A stretch of 64,000 nucleotides of DNA from an uncultured Gemmatimonadales bacterium. Its GTDB lineage: Bacteria > Gemmatimonadota > Gemmatimonadetes > Gemmatimonadales > GWC2-71-9. A program made the translations under genes and the position numbers. The notes below the pieces were generated by a model. It worked only from the letters and a program-made list of their open reading frames with translations, was not told the origin of the DNA and did no database searches. The stretch covers positions 1 to 64,000 of the forward strand of contig CAVYSW010000010.1 in NCBI GenBank assembly GCA_963771275.1, in the 5' to 3' direction. The number at the start of each line of letters is the position of its first letter. Within the stretch, counting starts at the first letter, position 1. Below are positions 8,934-20,654 of the stretch, piece after piece.

Positions 8934-10967
8934 CTATACGATCTTCTTCAGCCGCTTGATCCGTTCCGAGAGCTCGCGCTCGATCTCGCGGCCGGACTCC
9001 TGCCCGCCGAAGGCGCTGGCGCAGTAGATCGACACGACACGCCGGGCGTCGCCGCTCGCGGGCGGAACGGCCTTGCCCACGAGCCGGGCGACCTCGAAGG
9101 GGGGAACGGACGGGGAGATCGCGCCGATCCTCGCCGAGACGAGGCGGCGCAGCGCGAGGTAGGCCCTTGTCGGGGCGGCCGCGGCGGCCCGGCGCGCCGC
9201 GCGGCGCGCGTACAGCAAAACGGCGGCCGCGAGCAGCAGGATTCCGGCCACGGCGCCGGCGCGGCGAAAATCCCGGCCTCCGACGAAGTCCTTCCAGGAA
9301 GCGAAGCCCTCTCCGGCTTGCGCCACCGCCTCCCGGACGGCTTCGATGAGGCGGACCTGGTCGAGCGAATCGAAGCCGAGGATCCGCCGGTCGTAGAAGA
9401 ACTCGATCTCGCGGCCGAGGTTGGAGAAGAACTTCTTCCACGTCATCCGGCTCTCCGGGGCCGGAATGCCCGCGTCCGGCGTCGGGTCGAGGACGGTGAA
9501 TCCCCGGCCGTCGATGTCCGCTTCCACCCAGGCGTGCAGGTTGCTGCCGCGCACGACGAGCGCGTTGGAGAGGAGACCCCTCTCCCCTCCGAACGAGCCG
9601 GTGACCAGCCGCGCCGGGATCCCGCGCGCCGTCAACATCATCGCGGCCGCGGAGGCGAAGAACTCGCAGTGCCCGGCCCGGGAATGGCTGAGGAAATTGA
9701 CGAGGGGATCGCCCCTGCCTCGCGGCGGATCGAGGGTGTAGAGGAAGTTTCGCGTGAAATTGTCCCGGATCCGAGAGTAGATCTCCATCGGCTCCGTCAC
9801 GTCTCCCGTCAGCTTCTGCGCGTAGTCGCGGATCTCCTGCGGCACGGACGCGGGATCGATGACGCTCGAGCCGACCCCGCGCGGCTCGACGCCCCGGACC
9901 GTCGCCGTGTAGCGCACCGAGCGGGCGCCGCCGGAGAGTTGCACCAGGCCGTCCCGCAGCGTCGTCGGGAATTCGCGCTCGACCTCGACCTGCTCCGCGC
10001 CGTACGGGAGGAAGAGGTAGCCGTTGGCCGTCACGTTCAGGTCGATCGACAGCCGCCCGATCAGCAACTGCTGCGCGCGGGTCTCCCGGAGCGGCCGCTC
10101 GGCGCGGTCGGCCGGCGACGCAGCCGGCTTCGACTGCGCCGCCGGCCCGGCGTCCAGACGCCCCGGCGTACACCGTGAAGACCGCCTCGCGCAGCCGCAC
10201 GACGCGGGGAAGCGCCGACGGGCGGATCCATGTCCATCCGCAGGACGATCTGGTTGCTGCGCTTCGCGGAGCCGAAGGACTCCAGGTCCACCCGGTCGGC
10301 CGTCAGCGTCGTCGAGAAGGCGTCGTCGACCCGGAAGGGCGCCGTGGCGAAGGGACGGCGCAGCCTCGGCAGCGTGTAGAAGAGCGGGCCCGTGATCACC
10401 GCGCCGATCAGGATCGCGGCGGCCGCCATGCCGCCCGTCGGCACCGAGCGCAGGACGCGCTCGGGCGGCGCGTCCTCGAAATCGGCCAGCACGGCCAGCC
10501 GCGCGAGCGCGCGGAAGCCCAGAAAAGCCATGACGCCGAAGTAGAGGAGCGAGGAGACGTGCGTCGCAGGAGGACGCGGACGCGAGCGCGATGAGGAAGA
10601 TGACGAGGAGCGCGGTCCGCACCTCGCCCGGCCGCTTGAGGGAGGCGAGCTTCGCGACCGCGGTGAAGAGGAGCAGGTGCGAGACGGAGCGGAGGAGTCC
10701 GTGCCGGAGCGTCACCACTTCGAACGCGAGCCAGAGGAGGTACGCGAGCCCGACGACGTTCAGGGCCCGTTGGAGAGACGGGCCGGCCGTCCCCCCCTCG
10801 CGCGCCGAGCCAGAGAAAGAGGAGGGCGCAACCGTAGAGGAACGACGGCGAAGGCCGAGACGCGCCTCGGTCCAGAGGAGCGGCAAGGGAGCGACCATCG
10901 CGAGCGGCGCGAGCACCTCGAAGAAGGCGCGGCGGAGCCCGACAGGGATCTCGGGACCGCCGCTCAC
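8934..10967 (-). CDS. Transglutaminase-like TgpA family membrane protein (DUF3488 + transglutaminase), frameshifted
   Basis: GHCEFFASA, GIPARLVTG, HAWVE and LDPTP catalytic motifs; N-terminal TM segments. Confidence 0.88.
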   Translation of the reverse strand: MSGGPEIPVGLRRAFFEVLAPLAMVAPLPLLWTEARLGLRRRSSTVAPSSFSGSAREGGTAGPSLQRALNVVGLAYLLWLAFEVVTLRHGLLRSVSHLLLFTAVAKLASLKRPGEVRTALLVIFLIALASASSCDARLLAPLLRRHGFSGLPRARAAGRAGRFRGRAARARPALGADGRHGGRRDPDRRGDHGPALLHAAEAAPSLRHGALPGRRRLLDDADGRPGGPGVLRLREAQQPDRPADGHGSARRRFPASCGCARRSSRCTPGRLDAGPAAQSKPAASPADRAERPLRETRAQQLLIGRLSIDLNVTANGYLFLPYGAEQVEVEREFPTTLRDGLVQLSGGARSVRYTATVRGVEPRGVGSSVIDPASVPQEIRDYAQKLTGDVTEPMEIYSRIRDNFTRNFLYTLDPPRGRGDPLVNFLSHSRAGHCEFFASAAAMMLTARGIPARLVTGSFGGERGLLSNALVVRGSNLHAWVEADIDGRGFTVLDPTPDAGIPAPESRMTWKKFFSNLGREIEFFYDRRILGFDSLDQVRLIEAVREAVAQAGEGFASWKDFVGGRDFRRAGAVAGILLLAAAVLLYARRAARRAAAAAPTRAYLALRRLVSARIGAISPSVPPFEVARLVGKAVPPASGDARRVVSIYCASAFGGQESGREIERELSERIKRLKKIV

Positions 10968-11950
10968 GTCACGAACCACCGCAGCTCGCCGCGGCGGACC
11001 GGCGGGAAGGCGGGCGCGCCGGCGGGATCGATCGCCTCGAGGCGGGCGAGCGCTTCCAGGATGCGCGCCCGCTGCGCCCGGCCGCTCGACGGCGGCACGC
11101 GGACGTTGCGGGCCTGAAATCCGACTTCGCCGTCGCGCGAGAGAAGGAGGACCGCCTGGCCGGCGCAGCGCGAGATCCTGCGCTCGAAGCTCCGCGCGCG
11201 CGGCCGGGTCCGCCGGGTCCGCCAGCGCGTTGTCGAGCGCGAGGATCACGACGCGGTCCCGCTCCGCCTCGCGCTCGCGAACGATCCAATGGCGCATCCG
11301 CGCCGACTGCTTCCAGTGCAGGTCGCGCGGATCGTCCCCGGGCACGAAATCGCGCAGCATCCGGATCTCGGCGCCTCCCCCGCGCCGCCGTGGATGCGGC
11401 CGGCCGCCCCGCGAGTCCTCCGGCGGCACCGGCGCGACCGCGCCCGACTCGGGGCTGGGGTAGACGACGACCTCCCGCGCGAGCCTCGCGTGCCGGTACT
11501 TGCGAAAGAGCCCGAGCGGAAAGCGCGACAGGAGACCGGCGTCGGCCTCCCGGTAGACGCCCCTCCGGGAAAAACGCCTTCCACCATGACCTCGCGGCGC
11601 TCTCCGGGCTTCAGGGGATCGACCCAGAGCGGGCCCGGCAGGCCTTCGTGCAGGAAGAAGAGTCCCTGCGCCGTGGCCGTCGCGAGCCGGTTCTCGAACC
11701 GGATCTTGAGCAACGCCGGCCGCCCGGCCACGACCTCGCCGACCGGCTCGATCTCGCAGAGCACCCCGCGCACGTTGCGGCGCGAGAGGATCCCGGAGAC
11801 GACCATCGCCGAGAGCATCCCCGCCAGCACCAGGTACAAGCCGTTGTTGCCCGTGTTCGTCGCGCCGATCGCGATCACCAGGCACATCAGGACGTAGCCC
11901 AGCCCGAAGTTCGTGATCCGGATCTCCCAGTCCGGTATCAGCCGGGTCAT
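10964..11950 (-). CDS. DUF58 domain protein, frameshifted
   Basis: [44 protein letters not shown]. Confidence 0.88.
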
Positions 11951-11963
11951 GAAGGCAGTCTTT

Positions 11964-12908
11964 TCACACCGGGACAGGCACCTGCGCGAGGATCTTCTTG
12001 ATCACCTCGCGTTCGTGGCCGCCCGAGCCGAAGCCGTCGGAGGAGAGAGAGAGGATGCGGTGCGCGAGCACGGGCTCGGCCACTGCCTGGACGTCGTCGG
12101 GAGTCGCGTAGTCGCGTCCCTGCATGAGCGCGTAGGCCTGCGTCGCGCGGAAGAGCGCCTGAGCGCCGCGCGTGGAGACGGGCAGACGCAGGTCCACGGC
12201 GCGGCGCGTGGCCCGCACGACGGAGTGCAGGTACTCGAGGAGCCGGTCGGAGACCGTCACGGATTCGACGTTTGTCCTGAAGCGCCAGGACTTCTTCCGG
12301 AGCGAGCACCGCCGGGATGGCAGCGAGCGCCTTCTCCGTGCCTCCGCGCCGCAGGAGCAGCTTCTCCTCCTCCTCCGTCGGGTATCCCAGCGAAAGCCGG
12401 AGAAAGAACCGGTCCATCTGGGACTCGGGGAGCGGGTACGTCCCGAGGTACTCGACGGGGTTCTGTGTCGCGACGACCATGAACGGCTGGGGCAGCGGCC
12501 GCCTCTCCGACTCGATCGTCACGGCGCCCTCGTTCATCGCCTCCAGCAGCGCGGACTGCGTCTTGGGAGTGGCGCGGTTGATCTCGTCGGCGAGCACGAT
12601 GTTGGCGAAGATCGGCCCGGCATGGAACTCGAAGCGCTCCGTCGGGAGTGTGGAAGACGGAGATCCCGAGCACGTCGGCCGGCAGCGTGTCGCTCGTGAA
12701 CTGGATCCGCCGGAATTCGAGCGACAGGCTGCGCGCCGAGCGCCCGCGCGAGCGTCGTCTTGCCCACGCCCGGCACGTCCTCGATCAGGATGTGCCCGCG
12801 GGAGAGAAGCGCCGTCAGGACCAGGTCCACGGCTCGGGGGTCGCCCCGGTAGATCAACCGGACGTTGTCCCTCAAGCGAGTCAGGCCGCCCGCGACCTTC
12901 GTGCTCAT
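11964..12908 (-). CDS. MoxR family AAA+ ATPase, frameshifted
   Basis: [64 protein letters not shown]. Confidence 0.92.
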
Positions 12909-13051
12909 AGAGTTGCTTTCATGACGATGAACATTCCATCCCGGGGGTTGACCGACCAGTCCCGTTCGTTGGGGAAACAGACATGGTAGGCGTGAATTCC
13001 CCCGTATTCAACGAGAAGACCTCTCGGTAGTGTCCTGATTTGATCAGTATC

Positions 13052-13412
13052 CCCCGGCGGCGGGCCCGCCTGCCTCGTCGGCACGCGCCGGCCCGGCCGG
13101 AACAGAGAGCTCCGGGCCGTCGCTGGTCGCTCAGTCGCATTCGCAGAGTGGCGACAGTCTTCTCACGTCATGCTCCTTCGCTCATCGCCTCCTCCGGCAG
13201 GCGGTCCCGCCGCCGGGGAATCGCATCTCGGCGCCACGGCACTGCGAGCCCCGGAGCCGGCGGCGTTTCCCGGAGTCGGTGATGGTGACGAGCATGGAAG
13301 AGCGCAACCGGCACCACGGTGCCTCTGCGAGGAACCCTCAGCGCCGGCCGGTTCCCATCGTTGCGGCAGGCCGGCGCGTGCCGACGCAGGGAAACGACGC
13401 CGGCTCCGGGGC
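13052..13412. repeat. Complete composite repeat: unit A (13052-13218), linker hairpin, inverted unit B (13246-13412)
   Basis: A matches 3004-3171; reverse complement of B matches 20350-20513 (GCTGAGGGTTCCTCGCAGA, CCATGCTCGTCACC, CGTCGGCACGCG, CCCCGGAGCC...GGCTCCGGGG). Confidence 0.85.
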
Positions 13413-13447
13413 GAGTTTTCCGCCGCGATCCCCTCGATCGCTTCGGT

Positions 13448-14452
13448 TCACGGATCGGGCTTCTTCGCGTCCTCGCGTTTGGCGAGGCGCTCGACGGCGG
13501 CTCGCAGCTCCCCTCGCGGTCGAACGGCAGGACGAGCACGCCGTTGGAAGTGACCACGATCGCAGTGTCGCGTACGCCGGGCGCGAGGACGGGCGCATCG
13601 GACAGGATGAGGTTGCCGCGGTCATCGGAGGCGCCTCGGATCTCGCGGACCGATCTCCAGCTCCCGACGTCGTTCCAGCCCGCCCGGAGCGGCACCGCCC
13701 GCACGCCGGCGGCTCTCTCCATGACCGCGTAGTCGATGGAGACGGACGGCAGTTGCGCGTAGGCGCGGCGCGCGGCCTCGTCGTCGCGTTCGCGCAGCCG
13801 GCGCCGATAGGCCTCCACCTGCTCCAGGAGAGGGCCCGCGACCCGGCGGGCCTCGGCCAGAAAGCGGGAGGGACGGAAGACGAAGATCCCGGCGTTCCAG
13901 AAGCAACCGGCGCGAACGAGCGCCTCCGTCTCCTCGCGAGCGGGCTTTTCGATGAACCGGACCACCTCCATTCCCTCTCCCGCCGCGACAGACGGAGAGC
14001 TCCAGGTATCCGTAATCGCTCTCCGGCCGGCTGGGCGGGACGGCGAGGACGACGGCGGACGCCGCTTCGGCGATCCGCGCCGCCTGGGCCAGCGACCGGC
14101 GAAAGGCCTCGTCGTCGGCGAACGTCTGGTCCGAAGGGATCGCGGCGGTCACGGGGTCGCCGTCCCGCTCGAACTGAAGGGCCGCGGAGAGGAGCGCCGG
14201 CCCCGAGTTGCGCCGGTGGGGCTCGAGGATCACCCGGTCCGCCGGCAGCGCCTTGAGCTCGGAGAGCACCAGGTCGGCGTGCCTCTCGGTCGTGGCCACG
14301 AAGATGTCCCCCGTCAGCGGAAAGACTCTCTCGTAAGCCTCGGCGAGCAGGCTCTTCTCCGACAGGAGCGGGAGGAACTGCTTGGGTCGCTCTTCGCTCG
14401 AGAGCGGCCACAACCGCGTCCCCCCTCCGCCGGCAAGCAGGAGCGCCCTCAC
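13448..14452 (-). CDS. manC: Mannose-1-phosphate guanylyltransferase, frameshifted
   Basis: LLAGGGGTRLWPLS...PKQFL, EPHRRNSGPA, YGYL, RFIEKP, WNAGIFVF, SIDYAVME, WNDVGSW. Confidence 0.88.
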
Positions 14453-14453
14453 G

Positions 14454-15347
14454 TCATTCCCATTTCAAACCCAGCAACTCGACTTCCGGAGCAAGGGTGA
14501 TGCCGAAGCGCTCCCGCACGGTGTCGCGGGCGAGCCGCATGAGGTCGAGGACGTCCGTCGCCGTGGCCCCCCCCTCGTTCACGATGACGTTGGCGTGCCG
14601 GGAGAGATCGCCGCCCCGCCGCGGCGCGCCCCCTTCAGGCCGCAGGCCTCGATCAGGCGGCCCGCGTAGTCGCCGGGCGGGTTGCTGAAGACGCTTCCGG
14701 CGTTGGGCTCGGACGGGAGGGCGCCGCGGCGCTTTCGGCGACCGCGCGCGTCTTCGCCTCGATTTCTTCGTGGGCGCCCGCTCGAGCCTCAGAGCCGGCC
14801 GAGCGACGATCTCCTTCGTCTCGACCAGCCGGGACCACCGGTAGCCGTGCGGGATCTCCTCCGCGCGGACGGTTCGCGCCTCCCCGGAGCGGGAAACCAG
14901 ACGCGCGGACTCCAGCACGTCGAAGATCTCGCCGCCGTAGGCGCCGGCGTTGATCCGGACGGCGGCCCCGATCGAGGAAGGGATTCCCGAGATCGCTTCG
15001 ATCCCCGAGAGCCCGGCGCGCGCCGCGGCCGCGCACACGGCCCCGAGCGCCGCGCCCCCTCCGGCGGTCAAGCGCTCCCCTTCGACAGAAACCCGGAGGA
15101 ACTCCCCTTCCAGGCGGGCGACGATTCCGGGGAATCCGTCATCCGAGACGAGGACGTTCGAGCCCATGCCGAGTAGCGCTACCGGCTCGCGGGCGGAATC
15201 CGCCCAGGCCAGCATGCTCACGAGGGCGGCTTCGGTCCGCACGCGGCAGAACCACCGCGCCGGACCGCCGATCTTCCAGGTGGTGTGCGGGGCGAGGGGC
15301 TCGCCGGCAGCGACGATCCCCTCCTGTTCGGCGAGCGCGAGCTTCAT
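14454..15347 (-). CDS. murB: UDP-N-acetylenolpyruvoylglucosamine reductase, with indels
   Basis: [65 protein letters not shown]. Confidence 0.92.
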   Translation of the reverse strand: MKLALAEQEGIVAAGEPLAPHTTWKIGGPARWFCRVRTEAALVSMLAWADSAREPVALLGMGSNVLVSDDGFPGIVARLEGEFLRVSVEGERLTAGGGAALGAVCAAAARAGLSGIEAISGIPSSIGAAVRINAGAYGGEIFDVLESARLVSRSGEARTVRAEEIPHGYRWSRLVETKEIVARPALRLERAPTKKSRRRRARSPKAPRRPPVRAQRRKRLQQPARRLRGPPDRGLRPEGGAPRRGGDLSRHANVIVNEGGATATDVLDLMRLARDTVRERFGITLAPEVELLGLKWE

Positions 15348-15885
15348 GGCCACCATCCCAGAAGCAAAGCCCCCGCCGTCACGCAACCCGCCGCCAGGAG
15401 TCCCGCCGCGACGTCGTCGGCCACGATGCCCCAGCCTTCGGGCAGATCCTGGAGACGCCCGACCGCTCCCGGCTTCCAGACGTCGAAGAGGCGGAAGAGA
15501 AAAAGGAGGCGGCCCAGGTGAGCGCCTCCGCCCGCGCGGACGGATAACGAAAGAGCGGCACGGCCGCGGAGGCGAGCAACTGTCCGGCGATCTCGTCGAT
15601 CACGATGCATCCGGGGTCCTTCGTCCCGAGAGCGCGCGCCGTCCGGCTGGAGGCGGGAACGCCGGCGAGGCCCACGAGCAGCCCGGACATCAAGAGTCCG
15701 ACCACCGCCGTCAGACTCGGAGACGTGGCCGTGAGGGAGCGGACGAGAATCCAGGCGACCGCGAGACCCAGCGCCGAGCCCGCGGTGCCCGGCGCGAACG
15801 GCGAGAGCCCTGTTCCGAGGCCGATCGAAAGGAGGGTCGTCATCGGAGAATCGTGAAAAGCGCGGCGAACGTCCGCCGTTGACAC
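15344..15885 (-). CDS. pgpA: Phosphatidylglycerophosphatase A, frameshifted; start approximate
   Basis: [44 protein letters not shown]. Confidence 0.9.
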
Positions 15886-15951
15886 GCGGTTACGGCCAGG
15901 AGATGATGGCACGGTCCTCATCGTTTCGAAACCCCGCCCGGAGTCTATAAT
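15879..15951 (+). promoter_or_regulatory. Candidate sigma70 promoter elements for recA
   Basis: TTGACA 15879-15884 with 17-nt spacer to GATGAT; perfect TATAAT 15946-15951. Confidence 0.35.
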
Positions 15952-16043
15952 CGCGCTCTTCCGTGTAGCGTGAAGCAGAACGCGGAGACGCGCAATTGCC
16001 TCGGAGCGAACTCTCCTCAAGGCAACGTGAGAAAGGCGAGGAA

Positions 16044-17129
16044 ATGTCCAGCGTGAAATCCACCGAGAAATGGCGCGCCGTCGAAACGGCGCTGACACAG
16101 ATCGAGCGGCAGTTCGGCAAGGGCTCGATCATGCGGCTGGGGGACCAGCCCGAGCAGGTCCTGTCGGTCATTCCGACCGGCTCGCTCGCCGTGGACGCGG
16201 CCCTGGGCGTGGGAGGGATCCCGCGCGGACGCGTCGTCGAGGTCTTCGGGCCGGAGGCGTCCGGGAAGACGACGCTTGCCCTCCAGATCATCGCCCAGGC
16301 CCAGAAGACCGGGGGCCTCGCGGCCTTCATCGACGCCGAGCACGCGCTCGACGCCGACTACGCGCGCAAGCTCGGCGTGGACACCGACAACCTGCTCGTC
16401 TCGCAGCCGGACAACGGCGAACAGGCGCTCGAGATCGCCGAGATGCTCATCCGTTCCGGCGCGATCGACGTGGTCGTCGTGGACTCGGTCGCGGCGCTCG
16501 TCCCCAAGGCGGAGATCGAGGGAGAGATGGGCGAGGCGCAGATGGGCCTCCAGGCGCGCCTGATGTCCCAGGCGCTGCGGAAACTGACCGCGATCGTCTC
16601 GAAGTCCCGCACGACGCTCCTCTTCATCAACCAGATCCGCGAAAAGATCGGCGTGATGTTCGGCAACCCCGAGACGACGACGGGCGGCCGCGCCCTGAAG
16701 TTCTACGCCTCGATCCGGATCGACATCCGGAGGATCGCGTCGCTCAAGGACGGGGAAGCGGTCGTCGGCTCGCGCACGAAGGTCAAGGTCGTCAAGAACA
16801 AGGTCGCTTCCCCCTTCCGGCAGGCCGAGTTCGACATCATGTACGGCGAGGGAATCTCCCACGAGGGGGAGCTCATCGACATGGGGATCGAGGCCAAGCT
16901 CGTGGAGAAGACCGGCGCCTGGCTTTCCTACGGCGACCTGCGGATCGGCCAGGGACGGGAGAACGCCAAGCAGTTCCTGAAGGAGAACAAGGAGCTCGCC
17001 GCCGAGATCGACACGAAGCTGCGCAAGCACTTGAACCTCGCCGCCGCGCCGGTACAGGCCCCCGCGGCCGAGAAGCCCGCGGCAACCCCGCCGGAACCCG
17101 TAAAACAGAAAGAGAAAGTCCAAAGGTAG
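16044..17129 (+). CDS. recA: Recombinase RecA
   Basis: [58 protein letters not shown]. Confidence 0.99.
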   Translation: MSSVKSTEKWRAVETALTQIERQFGKGSIMRLGDQPEQVLSVIPTGSLAVDAALGVGGIPRGRVVEVFGPEASGKTTLALQIIAQAQKTGGLAAFIDAEHALDADYARKLGVDTDNLLVSQPDNGEQALEIAEMLIRSGAIDVVVVDSVAALVPKAEIEGEMGEAQMGLQARLMSQALRKLTAIVSKSRTTLLFINQIREKIGVMFGNPETTTGGRALKFYASIRIDIRRIASLKDGEAVVGSRTKVKVVKNKVASPFRQAEFDIMYGEGISHEGELIDMGIEAKLVEKTGAWLSYGDLRIGQGRENAKQFLKENKELAAEIDTKLRKHLNLAAAPVQAPAAEKPAATPPEPVKQKEKVQR

Positions 17130-17134
17130 CGTGA

Positions 17135-17213
17135 GGGTGTTCGGGATTCGGTGTTCGGGTGAAGTACCGCCCTGGCCCGGCCCCGAAAACCGAGAAGCGA
17201 ACACCGAACACCC
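17135..17213. repeat. Inverted heptamer repeats downstream of recA (possible terminator-like hairpin)
   Basis: GGTGTTC GGGATTC GGTGTTC ... CCGAAAA CCGAGAA GCGAACA CCGAACA CC. Confidence 0.7.
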
Positions 17214-17268
17214 GCAGACGACACCTGGAACGGGAACAACTCGTCGGCCACTCCGGTTGCGGACGCCG

Positions 17269-20087
17269 ATGACCCGCCTCCTCGGCGCCCGCTTCCTCGC
17301 GGGCGCTCTTCTTTTGTGCGCAGCGGCTCCGGCCGCGGCCGACCGCATCTGGCTCGCCGGGGAGCGGGCGGACCGCGCCTGCCCCGCTTCCGGCCCCCCT
17401 TTTGGGATCGCTCCCTTGCCGCCCGCCGGTTCCGCGGGCTCCGCGGACAATTGCCTTGTGCGCGTGCCCGTGGCGGAATTCGGCGACGCGGCGCTCGAGG
17501 ACACCTCCGCGAGGATCGCGCGGCTGGGCTACACGCCGGCCGTGGACCTGGAGTTCGACGCCGTTCGCTTCCTCGCGAGCGGACTGACGGATGAGGACCG
17601 GAGGCTCCGTCTCGCCTATGCGGTCAAGAGGCTCTCTTCGGCGGCCCGAGGCGCCTCTCCCGCGAGACAGGTCCTCATCAGCGTCGTCAACGCCGGCCGG
17701 ACTTCAGCGGCGGAAGTGGAGAGGATCGCGCGGCTCCTTCTCGAGGAGGAGCTCGAGCCGTACGTGGACGCCGTTGCCCTGCCGCTTGAGCTCGTCTCTT
17801 CGCCGTCGTTCGATGCGACGCTCCTCTCGCGGCCGTGGGTCCGGACCTCCCTGCCGTCGCCGGGACAGGCCGTCAATGCGGTCCTGGCCGCGCTGGCAAA
17901 GGTCCCGGCCGCCGCCAACGTGGAAGTCGAGGGCGGCCTGTCGCAGGCTGATTGGGACGCACTCCGGAGACTCCAGCGATACTGGACGGAGAGCGTCTCG
18001 CGGGACCCGACGCCCACCGGCGCCCGGCGCGCCGACGGGACCGCCGTGGACGTTCGCCGTTTCTTCGACGCAAAGGCCTTTTCGCCGATCCTGCTCCTCC
18101 CGCAGGATGCGGCCGGCGCCACGGTGATCGAGCTCTCGGGGGGCCCCTACGCGAAGGCCTCGGTCGAGAACCTCGCGAGCGGAGCGAAGCGGGACTTCGA
18201 GCTACGCGGAGCCGGCACGCTGGAGCTCGACCTCTCGAAGGGGCCGCTCGCGGTCGTGCTCGAGCCGGCGGCGCGCTCGGGCGGCGAGACGAAGACGGCC
18301 GTCGAAGTCGGCGCCGCGCGCGGACTGACCGCCGAGGAGATCGTGGCGCGCGAGCGGGCCTGGGACGCCGGACAGCGCGAGCGGACGGGATCCTTCATCG
18401 CCGACATGAAGACTTCGCTGCGGTTCAAAATCGGCGAGGTCAACGAGACTTTCGACCTGACGATCCTCGGGCCCTATTTCTTTCGCCGGGGCGAGGCGCC
18501 CGACTGGGAGTGGGACGAGTTCTATCTGAATGGCGTGAAGTGGAAGGGCCGGACTCTCCCCAGGCTCCCGATCCTCCAGCCCGAGAAGGTCTCGGCCCTG
18601 CCGCTCGACATCCGGCTCTCCGAAGATTACGACTACACGCTCCACGGCGAAGACACGATCGCCGGCCGCCGCGCGTACCACATCCACTTCGTTCCGAAGA
18701 CCGCGACCGGAGAGAAACCGATCTACCGCGGCAGCGTGTGGATCGACAAGGAGACCTTCGCGCTGCTGCGCCGCGACTCCGTGCAATTGAACCTGAAGGG
18801 CGAGACGCTCTCGAGCGTCAAGAGAGAGTTCTACCGCCCGGTCCCCGGCTTTCCCGGCGTGGTTCTGCCCCTGGAGATCACAGGCGAACAGGTGTTCTCG
18901 ACGTCCGGGCGAACGACGGCCATCGAGCAGAGAGTCCTGATGGAGTCGGTCCGCGTCAACCCGCCGGACTTTGACGAGCGGCTCGCGGCCGCGCACGCCT
19001 CGCAGGCCCAGATCATCCGGGACACGGAGAAGGGAATGCGCTACCTCCTCCCCGATCCCGCCAGGCCCGGCAAGCGCATCGTCGAGGAAACGATCTCGAG
19101 GAAGAGCACTTTCGGCCTCCTCGGGGCGTTCTACGACGACTCGCTCGACTATCCGCTTCCCCTCGCGGGGATCCAGTACTTCGACTTCGACCTCTGGGGC
19201 AAGGGAAAACAGGTGTCCGTGTTCTTCGCCGGAGCCCTGCTCACGGCCAACTACACGGACCCGGCGCTCGCGGGAAGCCGATTCGATCTGGGAGCGGATC
19301 TCTTCGCGATCGCCGTCCCGTTCGGCGATGTCTCCTACCGCGACGGCAAGGAAGTCGCCTCGGAGAAGTTGAAGCATCTTCCGGCCGTTTTCCAGGTCAA
19401 CGTCGGCCATCCGCTCGGGCCCTACCTCAAGGCGTCGCTCGGGATCTTCACCAAGTGGGACAACTTTCAGCGTGACCAGGACACCGGGGGAAGCTTCATC
19501 ACGCCCGTGGACACGTTCACCGACGGCGCGGAGCTGAGGCTCGTCGCCAACATCTCCGGGTTCAATGCGATCGCGACCGGCGGCTACTTCCACCGCCGGA
19601 AGTGGGAGTTCTGGGGCGATCCGGCGACGACGGAATTCGATCCGAAGCAGCAGGATTATTGGAAATACTCGCTCTCGCTCTCGAAGGACCGTTACTTCTC
19701 CGGCTTCCGCAAGCTGCACCTCGGCCTGTCGTACCAGAGCGGCAGCGATCTCGACCGCTTCTCCAAGTACGAGTTCGGATCGTTCTCGGGAAACCCGGTA
19801 CGGGGCTACAAGTCCGGAAGCCTCCGCACGGACAGCGCCTTCGTCGCCAACATCTCCTACGGGCTCAACATCGAGAACATCATCCGCTTCGAAGGCTTCT
19901 ACGACCAGGCGGTGCTCAAGGACAGAAGTCGGGCTTCAACAACACGTACTTCTCGGGAGCCGGCCTGCTCGCCTCGCTCAACGGCCCCCTGCAGAACTCG
20001 ATTTTCCGCGCCGAGATCGGCATTCCGGTGGTCAGCCACGGCGTCCACGGCGTCGTCATCAACGTCCTCCTCCTCAAACTCTTCTAA
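17269..20087 (+). CDS. Large exported protein with LolA/MucB-like central domain and C-terminal outer-membrane beta-barrel; one frameshift near 19930
   Basis: Signal peptide; YTLHGEDTIAGRRAYHIHFVP...GSVWIDKETF; alternating barrel strands; ends LLKLF in ORF 19602-20087. Confidence 0.7.
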
Positions 20088-20325
20088 CGCGACCCGCGCC
20101 CTTGCGGACCCGGAAGGAGAAGACCTTCGCGTCGCGGCGCGTCTCAATGAGCTCGTGGCCACCTTCCTGGCAGAAGACCGCGACGTCTTCGACGGCGACG
20201 GGGTCGGTCGCGAGGAGCCGCGCGACGACCCCCTCGGGCCTCCCGGCGAACGCCTTTGCCAGCCGCAGCACGGGCAGCGGGCACAAAAGCCCTCTCGCGT
20301 CCACTTCGATGTCGTCCTCCGTCAT
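20074..20325 (-). CDS. TusA/SirA family sulfur carrier protein
   Basis: VDARGLLCPLPVL...LATDPVAVEDV..FC...GHEL. Confidence 0.88.
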   Translation of the reverse strand: MTEDDIEVDARGLLCPLPVLRLAKAFAGRPEGVVARLLATDPVAVEDVAVFCQEGGHELIETRRDAKVFSFRVRKGAGRVRRV

Positions 20326-20349
20326 GCTCTCCATGTTAGCGAGAAAGTC

Positions 20350-20567
20350 GCCCCGGAGCCGCCGTCGTTCCCTCGTCGGCACGCGGCGGCCGGCCTCCAA
20401 AGTCACTACCGACCGCCGCTGAGGGTTCCTCGCAGAAATACTGAGGCACAAGAGCCCGTGCTCCATGCTCGTCACCCATCAACTCCTCCGGGACGCCGCC
20501 GGCTCCGGGGCTCACGCCGTGACTTCAGTCCGTGTGAGAGCCCCGGCGGCGGGACCGCCTCCCGGAG
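20350..20567. repeat. Third composite repeat: unit B (20350-20513), linker, inverted unit A interrupted after ~30 nt by the IS110 element
   Basis: 20538-20567 GAGCCCCGGCGGCGGGACCGCCTCCCGGAG is the reverse complement of the unit A 3' end. Confidence 0.8.
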
Positions 20568-20654
20568 AGGGATGAGAAGGCCAATCTCCCCGCGCAGTAC
20601 CGTATGGTCTGCAAAAGGGATACGGGCTCGAGGCCCAGAGAGGAGAGATTGGCC

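Noticed and set aside
8934..12908. MoxR-DUF58-transglutaminase as a novel system
   Set aside because: A well-known, widespread three-gene module.
13052..13412. CRISPR array or integron attC cassettes
   Set aside because: Units are ~165 nt, dispersed and paired, with no repeat-spacer periodicity, no cas genes and no integron integrase.
15950..16043. LexA box upstream of recA
   Set aside because: I could not identify a convincing palindrome or direct repeat matching a LexA motif I know.
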